Below the pieces are notes generated by a model. That model searched no databases. It saw only the letters and a list, made by a program, of their open reading frames with translations, and was not told the origin of the DNA. Positions 27,490-37,182 of a DNA stretch of 64,000 nucleotides are shown in pieces. Within the stretch, counting starts at the first letter, position 1; the number at the start of each line of letters is the position of its first letter. The stretch is from an uncultured Fibrobacteraceae bacterium (GTDB lineage Bacteria; Krumholzibacteriota; Krumholzibacteriia; LZORAL124-64-63). The position numbers and the translations under genes are program-made. Location: the NCBI GenBank assembly GCA_964524645.1, contig CAZGEC010000009.1:7403-71402 (forward strand). The letters are read 5' to 3'.

Positions 27490-29160
27490 TCAGTAGCGGA
27501 ATCCGCTCGCGCCGATGAACTCCCGCAGCAGGGACGTCGGGGGCACCTGGGCCGAATCGATGGGCAGCAGCAGGGTCAGCAGCTCGACCAGGCTCCGGGC
27601 GCGACCGTAGTTGGGATCGTCGGGATCCACGGCGGCCAGGCGCGGCTCGGCCCACAGCTTCAGGACGCTCAGCTCGTACGCCAGCCCCGAGTTGAAGAAG
27701 ATGTCGGCGTTCTGCTGGTTGGGGAAGACGTACATCTCCTCGCCCCGGCGGACCTTGGGCCAGCGGCGCAGGGTCTCGGCCGCCGTGTAGCCGCGGAACT
27801 GGGCGTCGCGCACGATCCGGCGGAAGAGGCGGGTCAAGGTGGTGTGGATGTAGCTGTGGTTGTCGATGTTCATGTGACAGAGCGCCGAGACGTAGACGTG
27901 CAGCTTGTGCCGGGGGGCGATGGCGGGCGTGAGCGCCGGATCGAGGGCGTGGATGCCCTCGACGATGAGCGGATCGCCGGGGCGCAGGATCACCGGTTTA
28001 TCCTGCAGCTGGCCGTTCCCGCTGTGGAAGTCGTAGCGCGGCAGCTGCACCGGCTGACCTGCCATGAGCTTCTGCAGGTGCTCGTTGAAGAGGTCGATGC
28101 GGATGGCGCCGAGGGACTCGTAGTCGAAGTCCCCGTCGGCGTCCCGGGGCGTGGATTCGCGGTCCACGAAGTAGTCGTCCAGGGAGAGGGCGAAGGGATG
28201 GAAGCCCAGGACGCGCAGCTGAACGGCCAGCCGCTTGGCGAAGCTGGTCTTGCCCGAGCTGGAGGGCCCCGCCACCAGGACCAGGCGCCCGTCCCCGGGC
28301 AGCTCGCGCACCGCCTGGGCGCTGTTCACGATGACCCGCTCGTGCCGGGCCTCGCAGATCTGGATCAGCTCGGCGGCCCGTCCCTCCACCACGTAGTGAT
28401 TCAGGGAGCCCACGTCGTGGATTTCCAGCCAGTACATCCAGCGGGAGTACTCGCGCAGCGACTGCAGGAGCTTCGGCTGCGGCTCGAAGGCGGGCAGGGT
28501 CCCCGGATCACCCGCGAGGCTCGGCAGCAGGATGAAGCCCGGAGGCTCGGGCAGGAGCCGGAAAGCGTGCACGTGACCGGTCGCGGGCAGCTGCAGGCCG
28601 TAGAACAGGTGCTCGGTGCCTTCCATCCGGAACAGGGTCACGGTGTCCCGCCGCAGGTAGCGCGCCGTCCGGTAGCTGGTTTCCCGGCCCCGGCTCCGCA
28701 TCAGGCGCAGCAGCTCGCGCATCCCGTAGAGCCGCGGGGTCAGCGGTAGATTCTTGGCGATGAGCTGGCGCATCCGCACCTCGAGACCTTGCACCTCCTC
28801 GGCGGAGAGGGCCTGATCGCGCCGCAGCTCGCAGTAGATCCCGCTGCCGTAGCTGAAGTCGATGATCAGGTCGTGCGAGGGGAAGAGCTCCTCGGAGGCG
28901 GCCGCCAGCACGAAGCAGAGGGTCCGCAGCGAGGTGGAGTGGGCCTCCGGGTCGCTCAGCCGGATCAGCTCGATCCGTTCCCCGCCCCAGAGATGCTCGG
29001 CCAGATGGGTACGGCGGCCGTTGATCACGGCCAGGACCACCGGATCGGGGCCCCAGATGTCCTCGCCCCCGTCCCGCCGGAGGAGGTCGTGCAGGGCCAT
29101 GCCCGCCGTGATATCCCGCTTGCTGCCGTCGATCTCGACCCAGGGTTTTTCCTCGAGCAT
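27490..29160 (-). CDS. Uridine/cytidine kinase-family nucleoside kinase fused to an N-terminal TGS-like domain
   Basis: P-loop VLVAGPSSSGKTSFAKRL. The PRK/Udk fold follows ~250 aa of TGS/ThrRS-N-like sequence. Confidence 0.7.
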   Translation of the reverse strand: MLEEKPWVEIDGSKRDITAGMALHDLLRRDGGEDIWGPDPVVLAVINGRRTHLAEHLWGGERIELIRLSDPEAHSTSLRTLCFVLAAASEELFPSHDLIIDFSYGSGIYCELRRDQALSAEEVQGLEVRMRQLIAKNLPLTPRLYGMRELLRLMRSRGRETSYRTARYLRRDTVTLFRMEGTEHLFYGLQLPATGHVHAFRLLPEPPGFILLPSLAGDPGTLPAFEPQPKLLQSLREYSRWMYWLEIHDVGSLNHYVVEGRAAELIQICEARHERVIVNSAQAVRELPGDGRLVLVAGPSSSGKTSFAKRLAVQLRVLGFHPFALSLDDYFVDRESTPRDADGDFDYESLGAIRIDLFNEHLQKLMAGQPVQLPRYDFHSGNGQLQDKPVILRPGDPLIVEGIHALDPALTPAIAPRHKLHVYVSALCHMNIDNHSYIHTTLTRLFRRIVRDAQFRGYTAAETLRRWPKVRRGEEMYVFPNQQNADIFFNSGLAYELSVLKLWAEPRLAAVDPDDPNYGRARSLVELLTLLLPIDSAQVPPTSLLREFIGASGFRY

Positions 29161-29346
29161 ATCGGTGGCGTCCTCCCTGCGCGGTCACCGGCCGCGCGGG
29201 CCCAGGTTAGCAGAGTCGTGGCGGGCGTACAACGCACGCCCTATTGTATGGAGCGGGTTTGCCTGTGGACAACCCGCGCTACGGCTTGATATTGTGCCGG
29301 TCGCTGTGCTGGCGCAATGCTCATCTTCAGGCAAGGAGTGGCATCT

Positions 29347-30396
29347 ATGTACGGGATTGTCGGATACGGCTCGTACGTCCCCCGCTATCGGATCCGGGCC
29401 GAGGACATTGCCCGCCAGTGGGGGGCCGACGCCGAGGCCTACAAGAAGGGACTGCTGCTCGAGGAGAAGACGGTTCCCGGGCCCGACGAGGACACCATCA
29501 CCATCTCCGTGGCGGCCGCCCGGTACGCCCTGCAGCGGGCCGGCATCGATCCGCAGGAGATCGGCGCCTGTTACATCGGCTCCGAGAGCCATCCCTACGC
29601 GGTCAAGCCGTCGGGAACGGTCGTGATCGATGCCCTGGGTCTCGGCCCGGTGTGCCACGTGGCCGACTTCGAGTTCGCCTGCAAGGCCGGCACCGAGGCC
29701 ATGTTCGTGGCCTACTCGCACGTCAAGGCCGGCGAGATGAAGTACGCTCTCGGCATCGGCGCCGACACCAGCCAGGGAGCTCCGGGAGACGCGCTCGAAT
29801 ACACCGCCTCGGCCGGTGGCGCCGCCTACATCATGGGCGGTGACAACGTGGCGGCCGAGATCGTCTACACCTACTCCTACACGTCCGATACGCCCGACTT
29901 CTGGCGACGGGAGGGGGAGTTCTATCCCCGTCACGCCGGCCGCTTCACCGGGGAACCCGCTTACTTCCACCATGTCCTGAACGCCACGCGGGGCATCCTG
30001 GAGCTGAGCAGCATGAAGCCCGAGGATTTCCGCTTCGCCGTCTTCCACATGCCGAACGGCAAGTTCCCGCTGCGCGCCGGCAAGATCCTGGGATTCCGGC
30101 AGGAACAGCTGGAACAGGGCTGGGTGGTGAACCTGATGGGCAACACCTACTCCGGCTCCTCGCCCACCGGTCTGGCAGCCTGCCTCGACGTGGCCAAGCC
30201 GGGGGATCAGATCCTGGTCACCTCCTTCGGCAGCGGCGCGGGGTCGGACTCCTTCATCATCCGTTGCACCAAGCGCCTGGCCGAGATCCAGAGGAAGGCG
30301 CCGGCGGTCCGCGATCAGCTGGCCGATCGGCGCATCCACCTCGACTACGGCAAGTACGTGGCCTACCGCGGCAAGATCCGCATGAACGTCACCTAG
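29347..30396 (+). CDS. Hydroxymethylglutaryl-CoA synthase (archaeal/bacterial type)
   Basis: [16 protein letters not shown].. N-terminus. Active-site Cys segment [19 protein letters not shown]. Confidence 0.8.
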   Translation: MYGIVGYGSYVPRYRIRAEDIARQWGADAEAYKKGLLLEEKTVPGPDEDTITISVAAARYALQRAGIDPQEIGACYIGSESHPYAVKPSGTVVIDALGLGPVCHVADFEFACKAGTEAMFVAYSHVKAGEMKYALGIGADTSQGAPGDALEYTASAGGAAYIMGGDNVAAEIVYTYSYTSDTPDFWRREGEFYPRHAGRFTGEPAYFHHVLNATRGILELSSMKPEDFRFAVFHMPNGKFPLRAGKILGFRQEQLEQGWVVNLMGNTYSGSSPTGLAACLDVAKPGDQILVTSFGSGAGSDSFIIRCTKRLAEIQRKAPAVRDQLADRRIHLDYGKYVAYRGKIRMNVT

Positions 30397-30410
30397 GGAA
30401 GGGGGGAAGC

Positions 30411-31568
30411 ATGAGAGACGTCGCTGTTGTCGGTGTCGGCATGACGAAGTTCGGCGAGCTGTGGGAGACCCCCTTGCGCGATCTCTTCGCCGAGGCCGCC
30501 CTTGCCTGCCTGAAGGACGCCGGGGTCGAGCGCGGGGAGGTCCAGTCCGCCTACATCGGCTGCATGTCCGGCGGGTTGTTCGTGGGACAGGAGCACCTGG
30601 CCTCGATCCTCTGCGATTACGCCGGCTTGAATCCCATGGCCGCCACCAGGGTCGAGTCCGCCTGCGCCTCCGGGGGCGCCGCCTTCCGCGCCGCCTGGCT
30701 GGAAGTGGCCAGCGGAGCCAGCGATTTCGTGCTGGCCGGCGGCGTGGAGAAGATGAACGACGGGGCCGATGCCACCTACTGTCTGGCCACCGCGGCGGAT
30801 CAGGAGTACGAGGTCTACCACGGGGTCACCTTCCCGGGCCTCTACGCCATGATCGCCAACGCCCACATGCACAAGTACGGCACCACCCCCCAGCAGCTGG
30901 CCGCCGTCGCGGTCAAGAACCACCACAACGGGACGATGAATCCCCACGCGCAGTTCTCGATGGAGATCAACATCGAGACGGTCCTGAAGGCGGTGCGCGT
31001 GGCCGAGCCGCTGGGTCTGTTCGATTGCTCTCCGGTCACCGACGGTGCGGCGGCTCTGCTGCTCTGCCCCGTGGAGGTGGCGAAGGAGCTCGGCAAGCCC
31101 CTCGTGAAGATCCTGGGCGCGGGAGCCGCCACCGATACCATCGCCCTGCACGACCGGGCCGACCTGGCCGCGATTCCCGTGGTGGGCCGGGCCGCGCAGA
31201 GGGCGTACGAGATGGCGGGGGTCAAGCCCAAGGACGTCGACTTCTGCGAGGTCCACGACTGCTTCACCATCGCGGAGATCGTCTGCACCGAGGAGCTGGG
31301 CCTGTTCGAACGCGGTCGGGGCGGGCCGGCGGCGGCCGAGGGCCTGACCGCCCTGGACGGCAAGCGGCCCGTGAATCCCTCCGGCGGGCTGAAGAGCAAG
31401 GGCCATCCGGTCGGCGCGACGGGCTGCGCGCAGCTCGTGGAGGTCTACCAGCAGCTGACCGGGCGCGCCGGCAAGCGGCAGATCAAGAGTCCGCGCCTCG
31501 GGCTGGCCCAGAACATGGGCGGTTCCGGCGGCAGCGCCACGGTGCACATCCTGGAGGTGAACCGATGA
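30411..31568 (+). CDS. Acetyl-CoA C-acetyltransferase (archaeal-type thiolase)
   Basis: [17 protein letters not shown]-terminus. Catalytic Cys in ESACASGG, with a C-terminal His/Cys segment. Confidence 0.85.
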   Translation: MRDVAVVGVGMTKFGELWETPLRDLFAEAALACLKDAGVERGEVQSAYIGCMSGGLFVGQEHLASILCDYAGLNPMAATRVESACASGGAAFRAAWLEVASGASDFVLAGGVEKMNDGADATYCLATAADQEYEVYHGVTFPGLYAMIANAHMHKYGTTPQQLAAVAVKNHHNGTMNPHAQFSMEINIETVLKAVRVAEPLGLFDCSPVTDGAAALLLCPVEVAKELGKPLVKILGAGAATDTIALHDRADLAAIPVVGRAAQRAYEMAGVKPKDVDFCEVHDCFTIAEIVCTEELGLFERGRGGPAAAEGLTALDGKRPVNPSGGLKSKGHPVGATGCAQLVEVYQQLTGRAGKRQIKSPRLGLAQNMGGSGGSATVHILEVNR

Positions 31569-31960
31569 TCAGCCCGAGGTACCACCGGGAAATCCCCCAG
31601 CGCTACCGTCTGGAGGCGGCCAAGTGCACGGGCTGCGGCAAGGTTCTTTTCCCGCCGCGCAAGATCTGTCCCCAGTGCGGGGGGGAGGCGTTTGCGCCGA
31701 CGGTCCTGCCGACCCGCGGCAAGGTCGTCACGCATACCACGATCTGGATCCCCCCGGCGGCCTTCGAGGACCAGAAGCCTTACGTGGTGGCCGTCGTCGA
31801 GCTGGAGAACGGCGTGCGCCTGACCTGCATGGTCGCCGACGCGCCGCCCGACGAGGTCACCATCGGCACCCCGGTCGAACTGATCTTCCGCCGGATCCAG
31901 AAGGAGTCCGCGTGGGGGGTCCTGCAGTACGGCTACAAGGCCCGGGTCATTCCGGCCTGA
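31565..31960 (+). CDS. DUF35 zinc-ribbon/OB-fold protein (scaffold of the archaeal thiolase/HMGCS complex)
   Basis: [20 protein letters not shown] Zn ribbon plus OB-fold. Start overlaps the thiolase stop (ATGA), indicating translational coupling. Confidence 0.8.
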   Translation: MISPRYHREIPQRYRLEAAKCTGCGKVLFPPRKICPQCGGEAFAPTVLPTRGKVVTHTTIWIPPAAFEDQKPYVVAVVELENGVRLTCMVADAPPDEVTIGTPVELIFRRIQKESAWGVLQYGYKARVIPA

Positions 31961-31966
31961 GCGCCG

Positions 31967-31999
31967 GAACCGGCCGGATCCTTCCGGTTCCAGCGTTGC
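31967..31999. terminator. Hairpin between the convergent DUF35 and FmdB genes
   Basis: ggaaccgg-ccggatcctt-ccggttcc. Confidence 0.35.
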
Positions 32000-32062
32000 C
32001 AGTGAAGGGCGCCGCGGGCTCGTGCCCGCAGCGCCTGTCCGCGGTCGGGATGATCGCTGCGC

Positions 32063-32374
32063 TCAGTCCTGGCCCGAGCCGTCCGGCTTGATCTTGGGAG
32101 CGGGCTGCTCGGTCTTCCCGGGCTTCTCGTCGCCGGCCGCCGGGCTCGTGGCCGTGTTTCCACTGGTGGTACTGCTGGACGGGCCTGGCCTTACCTTGCG
32201 GGAATCGGTGGCGTAGAAGCCGGAACCCTTGAAGACCACGCCGACGCCGTTACCGACCAGGCGCCGGACCTTGCCCCGGCACTGCGGACAGCGTCGCCGG
32301 GGTGGATCGCTGATGCTCCGGAATTCCTCGAAGACGTTGCCGCACTTCAGACACTCGTACTCGTACGTGGGCAT
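32063..32374 (-). CDS. FmdB-family zinc-ribbon protein with a low-complexity C-terminal tail
   Basis: MPTYEYECLKCGNVFEEF...RRCPQCRG is the FmdB/CxxC..CxxC ribbon. Start at MPTYEY (32374) rather than the upstream Met in the track. Confidence 0.65.
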   Translation of the reverse strand: MPTYEYECLKCGNVFEEFRSISDPPRRRCPQCRGKVRRLVGNGVGVVFKGSGFYATDSRKVRPGPSSSTTSGNTATSPAAGDEKPGKTEQPAPKIKPDGSGQD

Positions 32375-32602
32375 GCTCTTGCACTCCTTGCGGGGGACGC
32401 CGGGCACTCCGTCTCCGATCCGAAATAAACGCCTGTTGCGTCCCGGCGTCGGGGTTCTAATATCGCTCCACGGTTCCATCGGCGCCAGCCCTTAGGCTCC
32501 GGCAGCCGGATGGCGCCGCGGCGATGGCAATTTCTGCCGGATGGCTTATATCACCTTGGACGACGGTTCCTGCGAAACCCACGCCAGGAAAGGAAGGTCG
32601 TG

Positions 32603-33625
32603 ATGGCGATACGACTGGGAATCATGGGCTTCGGCCGGCTAGGCCGGAACATGTTCCGCATCGCGTACGACAACCCGGATTTCGACTTCGTCGCGGTCAG
32701 CGACGTCGCGGACATCGAATCCCTGCGCTACCTGCTGCAATACAGCACCATCGAGGGGCGCTTCGCCGCGGAAGTCAAGCGGGAGGGCTCCTACCTGGTG
32801 GTGGGACCGCAGCGCACGCGGGTCCTGAAAGGGGCGCACCCCCGCGACATTCCCTGGGACGTGCTCGGGGTGGACGTCGTGCTCGAGGCCACGGGGCAGT
32901 TCCGACACCGCGCTGAACTGCAGTACCACCTGGACGGGGGTGCCAAGCGGGTCATCCTCTCGACGCCGGCCCTCGACGCCATCGACCGCATGGTGGTCAA
33001 TGGCGTGAATGACCGGGAGCTGACCGCCGCGGATCGGATCATCTCGGGCGGCAGCAGCTCCTGCCACGCGCTAGCGCTGGTCCTGAAGATCCTCCACGAG
33101 AAGGTGGGGGTGCGGCGAGCCTTCATGACCACGGTCCACGCCTACACCAGCGATCAGCAGCTGAGCGACACCGCCAAGCCCAGCCTGCGCTGGAGCCGCT
33201 CTGCCGCCCAGAACATCATCCCCAACCATAGCTGGGCGCCGCAGGCCGTGGCCGAAATCCTGCCGGCCCTGAGGGGCAAGATCTCCGGCATGGCGTTGAA
33301 CGTGCCCGTGCCCGCCGGCTCCAACATCGACCTGGTGAGCGAGCTGGAGAAGCCGCTGTCCGTGGACGAGGTCAACACGATCTTCCGGGAAGCCGCCGCG
33401 GGTCCCTACCGGGGGCTGGTGGCCTACACGGACGAGCCCATCGTCTCCAGTGACGTCGTCGGCAACTCCGCCTCGGTCCTGTTCGACGCCCAGGCGACGC
33501 TCTCCCTCGGCAACGGCATGATCAAGACGGTGGGCTGGTACGACAACGGCTGGGGTTTCGCGTACCGGATGCTGGAGCTGGCCCAGCTGCTGGGTCGGAC
33601 CATCGAGTCGCAGGAGGTGGCGTGA
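32603..33625 (+). CDS. GAPDH-family dehydrogenase, divergent paralog (catalytic-site variant)
   Basis: NAD-binding MAIRLGIMGFGRLGRN and TTVHAYTSDQ (His176) are conserved. Where the canonical SNASCTTNC would be, the sequence reads SGGSSSCHA, so Cys149 is replaced by Ser and a Cys is shifted +2. Confidence 0.7.
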   Translation: MAIRLGIMGFGRLGRNMFRIAYDNPDFDFVAVSDVADIESLRYLLQYSTIEGRFAAEVKREGSYLVVGPQRTRVLKGAHPRDIPWDVLGVDVVLEATGQFRHRAELQYHLDGGAKRVILSTPALDAIDRMVVNGVNDRELTAADRIISGGSSSCHALALVLKILHEKVGVRRAFMTTVHAYTSDQQLSDTAKPSLRWSRSAAQNIIPNHSWAPQAVAEILPALRGKISGMALNVPVPAGSNIDLVSELEKPLSVDEVNTIFREAAAGPYRGLVAYTDEPIVSSDVVGNSASVLFDAQATLSLGNGMIKTVGWYDNGWGFAYRMLELAQLLGRTIESQEVA

Positions 33626-34626
33626 TGAGAGTCGCGATCAACGGTTTCGGACGGATCGGCAGGGCCGTCTTCCGCCTCCTGAACAGCAAGGAGAACGTGA
33701 ACGTCGTCGCTGTAAACGACATCGCCGATCCCGCCGCCCTGGCCTACCTGCTGCGTCATGACACGGTGATGGGCCCCTTCCAGGGGTACGCCGAGATTGA
33801 GGGCGACCTCATGAAGACCCGCAACCAGCAGGTCAAGATGCTGCAGGTGGCGGATCCTCACGCGCTTCCCTGGCGCACGCTGGAGGCCGATTACGTCATC
33901 GAGTCCACCGGACGCTTCCGCAAGCGGGATCAGATCGCCACCCACCTGGAAGCCGGCGCGAAGAAGGTGCTGCTCACGGTGCCCGCCAAGGACGAGATCG
34001 ACGCCACCATCGTGATGGGCGTGAACGAGCACGAGCTGAAACCCGAGCACAAGATCGTCTCCAACGCCTCCTGCACGACGAACTGCCTGGCCCCGCTGGC
34101 CTATGTCCTGGATGCTGCCTTCGGCATCGAATACGGTCTGATGACCACCGTGCACGCCTACACCAACGACCAGCGCCTGGCCGATGTGCCGCATTCGGAC
34201 TGGCGGCGCGGGCGCTCGGCCGCAGAAAACATCATCCCCACGACCACCGGGGCCGCCCGTGCCGTGGGCAAGGTCCTGCCCCAGCTGAAGGGCAAGCTGG
34301 ATGGGATGGCCATGCGGGTGCCCATCCCCGATGGATCCATCGTGGACCTCGTCTCGGTTATGAAGCAGGAAGTAACGACGCAACAGGTCAAAGCGGCCGT
34401 GCGCGAGGCGGCCGGGACGGATCGCTTCCGCCGCATCTTGCGCTACTCCGAGGACCCGCTGGTCTCGAGCGACATCGTGGGGGATCCGCACTCATCCGTC
34501 TTCGACGCCAGCTACACCCAGGTGGTCGACGGCACCATGTTGAAGACCATCTCCTGGTACGACAACGAGTGGGGTTACTCCAACCGGGTGGTGGACCTGC
34601 TGGAGCTGATGGACTCCCTGGCCTGA
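33625..34626 (+). CDS. gap: Glyceraldehyde-3-phosphate dehydrogenase, type I
   Basis: MRVAINGFGRIGR, SNASCTTNCLAP, TTVHAYTNDQ, WYDNEWGYS. Start overlaps the upstream stop (TGATG). Confidence 0.9.
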   Translation: MRVAINGFGRIGRAVFRLLNSKENVNVVAVNDIADPAALAYLLRHDTVMGPFQGYAEIEGDLMKTRNQQVKMLQVADPHALPWRTLEADYVIESTGRFRKRDQIATHLEAGAKKVLLTVPAKDEIDATIVMGVNEHELKPEHKIVSNASCTTNCLAPLAYVLDAAFGIEYGLMTTVHAYTNDQRLADVPHSDWRRGRSAAENIIPTTTGAARAVGKVLPQLKGKLDGMAMRVPIPDGSIVDLVSVMKQEVTTQQVKAAVREAAGTDRFRRILRYSEDPLVSSDIVGDPHSSVFDASYTQVVDGTMLKTISWYDNEWGYSNRVVDLLELMDSLA

Positions 34627-34774
34627 GAAGGACGGGGAGCGGACCGGAGCGGGGGGTGCCGGCGGCAGGCCGGCCGCCTCCGCCTGCGCGGCGAGCGGAG
34701 CTACAGGCCATAATTTCGCAATAATCATATTTATATATATTTTGTTATTTCAGTCGACGCGTCGGGCGCTCGCT

Positions 34775-34802
34775 TGATAGAAACACATGCCTGTGGTAGA
34801 AT
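34775..34802 (+). promoter_or_regulatory. Near-consensus sigma70 promoter for secreted paralog A
   Basis: TTGATA -35 box, 17-bp spacer, then extended -10 TGgTAGAAT, inside an AT-rich island (ataatcatatttatatatattttgttattt). Confidence 0.5.
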
Positions 34803-34936
34803 AGCTGGAGCCGCTGGGGGAGAGGGAGTTGCCAGGAGGAATGCCGGATCCGGCTCCACACAGGCCGCTGCCGCAGGGTGCCCCGAGACGCATGTCTTCC
34901 CCCCGCGCGGCGGCAACACGCTGGGAGGTGCAACCC

Positions 34937-35671
34937 ATGCCCTTGCGAAGGACTCTGGTTCTCACGTGCTGCTGCGTCCTGGTGGCGTCCGGTGCCCTGG
35001 CCGGGAAGACACTTCACGTGCAGCGGCTGTCGGACGTCGAGGCGACGCTGCAGGCGAACGGGGGCCCGACCCGGCAGGATTGCCAGGTGGGCAACCTGAA
35101 CGTGCCCACCTACGCGATCACGGACTGGGCCTTCGGCGCCGAGGGGTACAAGTACCTCTTCCGGGCGCCGGCCACCTGTTCCTGTCCGGTGGGCTTTCGC
35201 CTGGACAGCATTCACCTGCTCATGCAGTTCGGTCCGGAGGACGTGCCCGTCGGCTTCGACGCCTTTGTCGACCTGGAGGAAGCGGTCTGGGACGACCTGA
35301 GCGGCTGCTACCTGCCGGGCGCCGAGCTGTGCACCTCGCTGGTCTACACGGTGCAGATCGATGCGGAGGGGCTGTTCGACATCTCCCTGCCCATCTTGGA
35401 GCAGTGCCAGTGCGCCGCCATCGGCTTCTGGTACTTCCTCTCCTTCCACTTCGTGAGCGAGTTCGGCGCGTCGGGACGTCCGGACCTGGTGGCCGACGGC
35501 ATGCCGCTGGGATGCCGTAGCTGGAACGACTACGGTTTCGGCTGGCAGGACCTGGTGAGCGATTTCGATTGGCCGGGCGAGATCCTGATGTACGCCGATG
35601 CGGCCTGCTGCGAGATCCCGGTGAGCGCCGAGCCGGGCACCTGGGGCAGCGTCAAGAGCCTTTACCGCTGA
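34937..35671 (+). CDS. Secreted Cys/Trp-rich protein, paralog A of a 3-member family with a conserved ...GSVKSLYR C-terminus
   Basis: GGAGGTG RBS. Signal peptide MPLRRTLVLTCCCVLVASGALAG. Shares the internal motifs G(F/Q)WG.., DY.F.W.D.. and the C-terminal GTWGSVKSLYR with 37183..37947 and 38194..38946. Confidence 0.65.
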   Translation: MPLRRTLVLTCCCVLVASGALAGKTLHVQRLSDVEATLQANGGPTRQDCQVGNLNVPTYAITDWAFGAEGYKYLFRAPATCSCPVGFRLDSIHLLMQFGPEDVPVGFDAFVDLEEAVWDDLSGCYLPGAELCTSLVYTVQIDAEGLFDISLPILEQCQCAAIGFWYFLSFHFVSEFGASGRPDLVADGMPLGCRSWNDYGFGWQDLVSDFDWPGEILMYADAACCEIPVSAEPGTWGSVKSLYR

Positions 35672-35757
35672 TACCGAGCCGGTCGGCCCCGACCTGAGAG
35701 CGAGGCGGGTGGGGAACTGCGCTCCCCGCCCGCGTCCGTCCGGAGTCCCGGCCCCGT

Positions 35758-36951
35758 TCAGGGGCCGACGTGCGCGGGCCGGAAGATGCCGAAGGCGCTC
35801 GTGAAGCCGTGCAAGTGAGTCGTTCCGCTCACCGGACCGATCTCCCCGTTGCAGAAGAAGCCGCCCAGAGGCACCTCGCCCAGGTGGGCACGAAAGCGGT
35901 TCGTGTCGTGATCGGGTACACCGTAGAGATGGAGCCCGCGTCCCAGACAGGAGAATAGCAGGGCGCCAGCCGCGGTCGGGGCGTCCGGATTCTCGGCGTA
36001 GCGGCGGAGCAGGTTCTCCAGATCCTCGGCCGAGGTCGCCGCGTCCCTCACGTGGAACTGCACCGTCTGTCCCTCCCGCAGCAGCTCGCCGACGACGAGG
36101 GCTCTGCTCTCGGTCTCCAGGCCCACGACATTGCGGATCAGGAACTCGCCAGGGCGCGGAGACGCGACGAACTCGTCCGTGAGCAAGCCCAGAAAGAGGG
36201 CCTGAGAGGCGAGTTTCCGGTCCCGGGCCGAAAGCCGGGGGACCAGGCTCTTGAGAGCCTCGAGGGCGGGCCGGCCGTCCAGCTCCAGCAGCAGGTTGCC
36301 GCGACAGCGGGTGATGTGCTGCGGCTGGCCGATGGGCCGACAGCCCTGAGCGACGATGGTGGTGATGTCGATGTTCCCGCTCAGGGCCAGGCCCACGGCT
36401 CCGGCCCGCTGCACGGCGTGGTCGACGAAGAGTAGATTCTCGCCGGGGCGCGTGGCACCGCTGGCCAGTCCGCCGATCTTGCGCCCGCTCGGATAGGCGT
36501 AGTCCAGCCCGGCCAGCAACCGGGGCACCGTGCAGCTGAACGGGTCGGCCAGGATCAGGAAGTGGGGCTGCGGTGTGGCGGGGATGCCGAGCGCATCCGT
36601 CCAGGCCCGCGGGCCGGCGTCGTCATCCGGCAGCCGTTCGTCGGTCAGCCCGAAGGGCGACACGGACACCCCGGGCAGCTCGGCGGCCACGAGCGATACC
36701 GCAGGACGCTGCTCGATCTCGTGAGCGCCGCCGATGACCCCCCCCGCCGTGCAGCCCAGCAGGTGGATGCACGGCAGCTCATCGCGCAGGAGAGCCGGTG
36801 CCTCGGTCAGGTCCGCCGCGTATTGCCCGGAGACGAAGAGAACGGCCAGGTCCACCGGATTCACCGGGAGGGCCGAGTGTATCGAGGCGGCGGCGCTGGC
36901 CACGGCCTCGGCCAGGCGGGATTGGTTGGCAATGGCCGACGCCCAGTTCAT
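35758..36951 (-). CDS. FIST-domain sensor protein (FIST_N + FIST_C)
   Basis: The C-terminal GGFFCNGEIGP motif is typical of the FIST C-domain. No TM segment or output domain. Start at MNWASAIANQ. Confidence 0.7.
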   Translation of the reverse strand: MNWASAIANQSRLAEAVASAAASIHSALPVNPVDLAVLFVSGQYAADLTEAPALLRDELPCIHLLGCTAGGVIGGAHEIEQRPAVSLVAAELPGVSVSPFGLTDERLPDDDAGPRAWTDALGIPATPQPHFLILADPFSCTVPRLLAGLDYAYPSGRKIGGLASGATRPGENLLFVDHAVQRAGAVGLALSGNIDITTIVAQGCRPIGQPQHITRCRGNLLLELDGRPALEALKSLVPRLSARDRKLASQALFLGLLTDEFVASPRPGEFLIRNVVGLETESRALVVGELLREGQTVQFHVRDAATSAEDLENLLRRYAENPDAPTAAGALLFSCLGRGLHLYGVPDHDTNRFRAHLGEVPLGGFFCNGEIGPVSGTTHLHGFTSAFGIFRPAHVGP

Positions 36952-37094
36952 TCCTCGCTCCCTGCGGGCCTGGCCGACGAGTTCCGGGTTCGATCCCCCA
37001 TTATAGTGCATTTCCCGGGGGCGGCCGCCGTCCCGGGGCGGCCAGGGTTGCCGGTGGCGATTTTTTACATATTATTCTGATCCAGGGCGGGGTA

Positions 37095-37124
37095 GTTGAC
37101 AGAAGGTCCGCTCTGTGGGACAAT
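37095..37124 (+). promoter_or_regulatory. Near-consensus sigma70 promoter for paralog B
   Basis: TTGACA, 17 bp, then extended -10 TGgGACAAT. An AT-rich island (ttttttacatattattctg) lies upstream. Confidence 0.5.
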
Positions 37125-37182
37125 CTTGATTGTCGTATTCCGATGGGGACAACCCGAGTTCCGTGTGCGAGGGGGATCCAAG

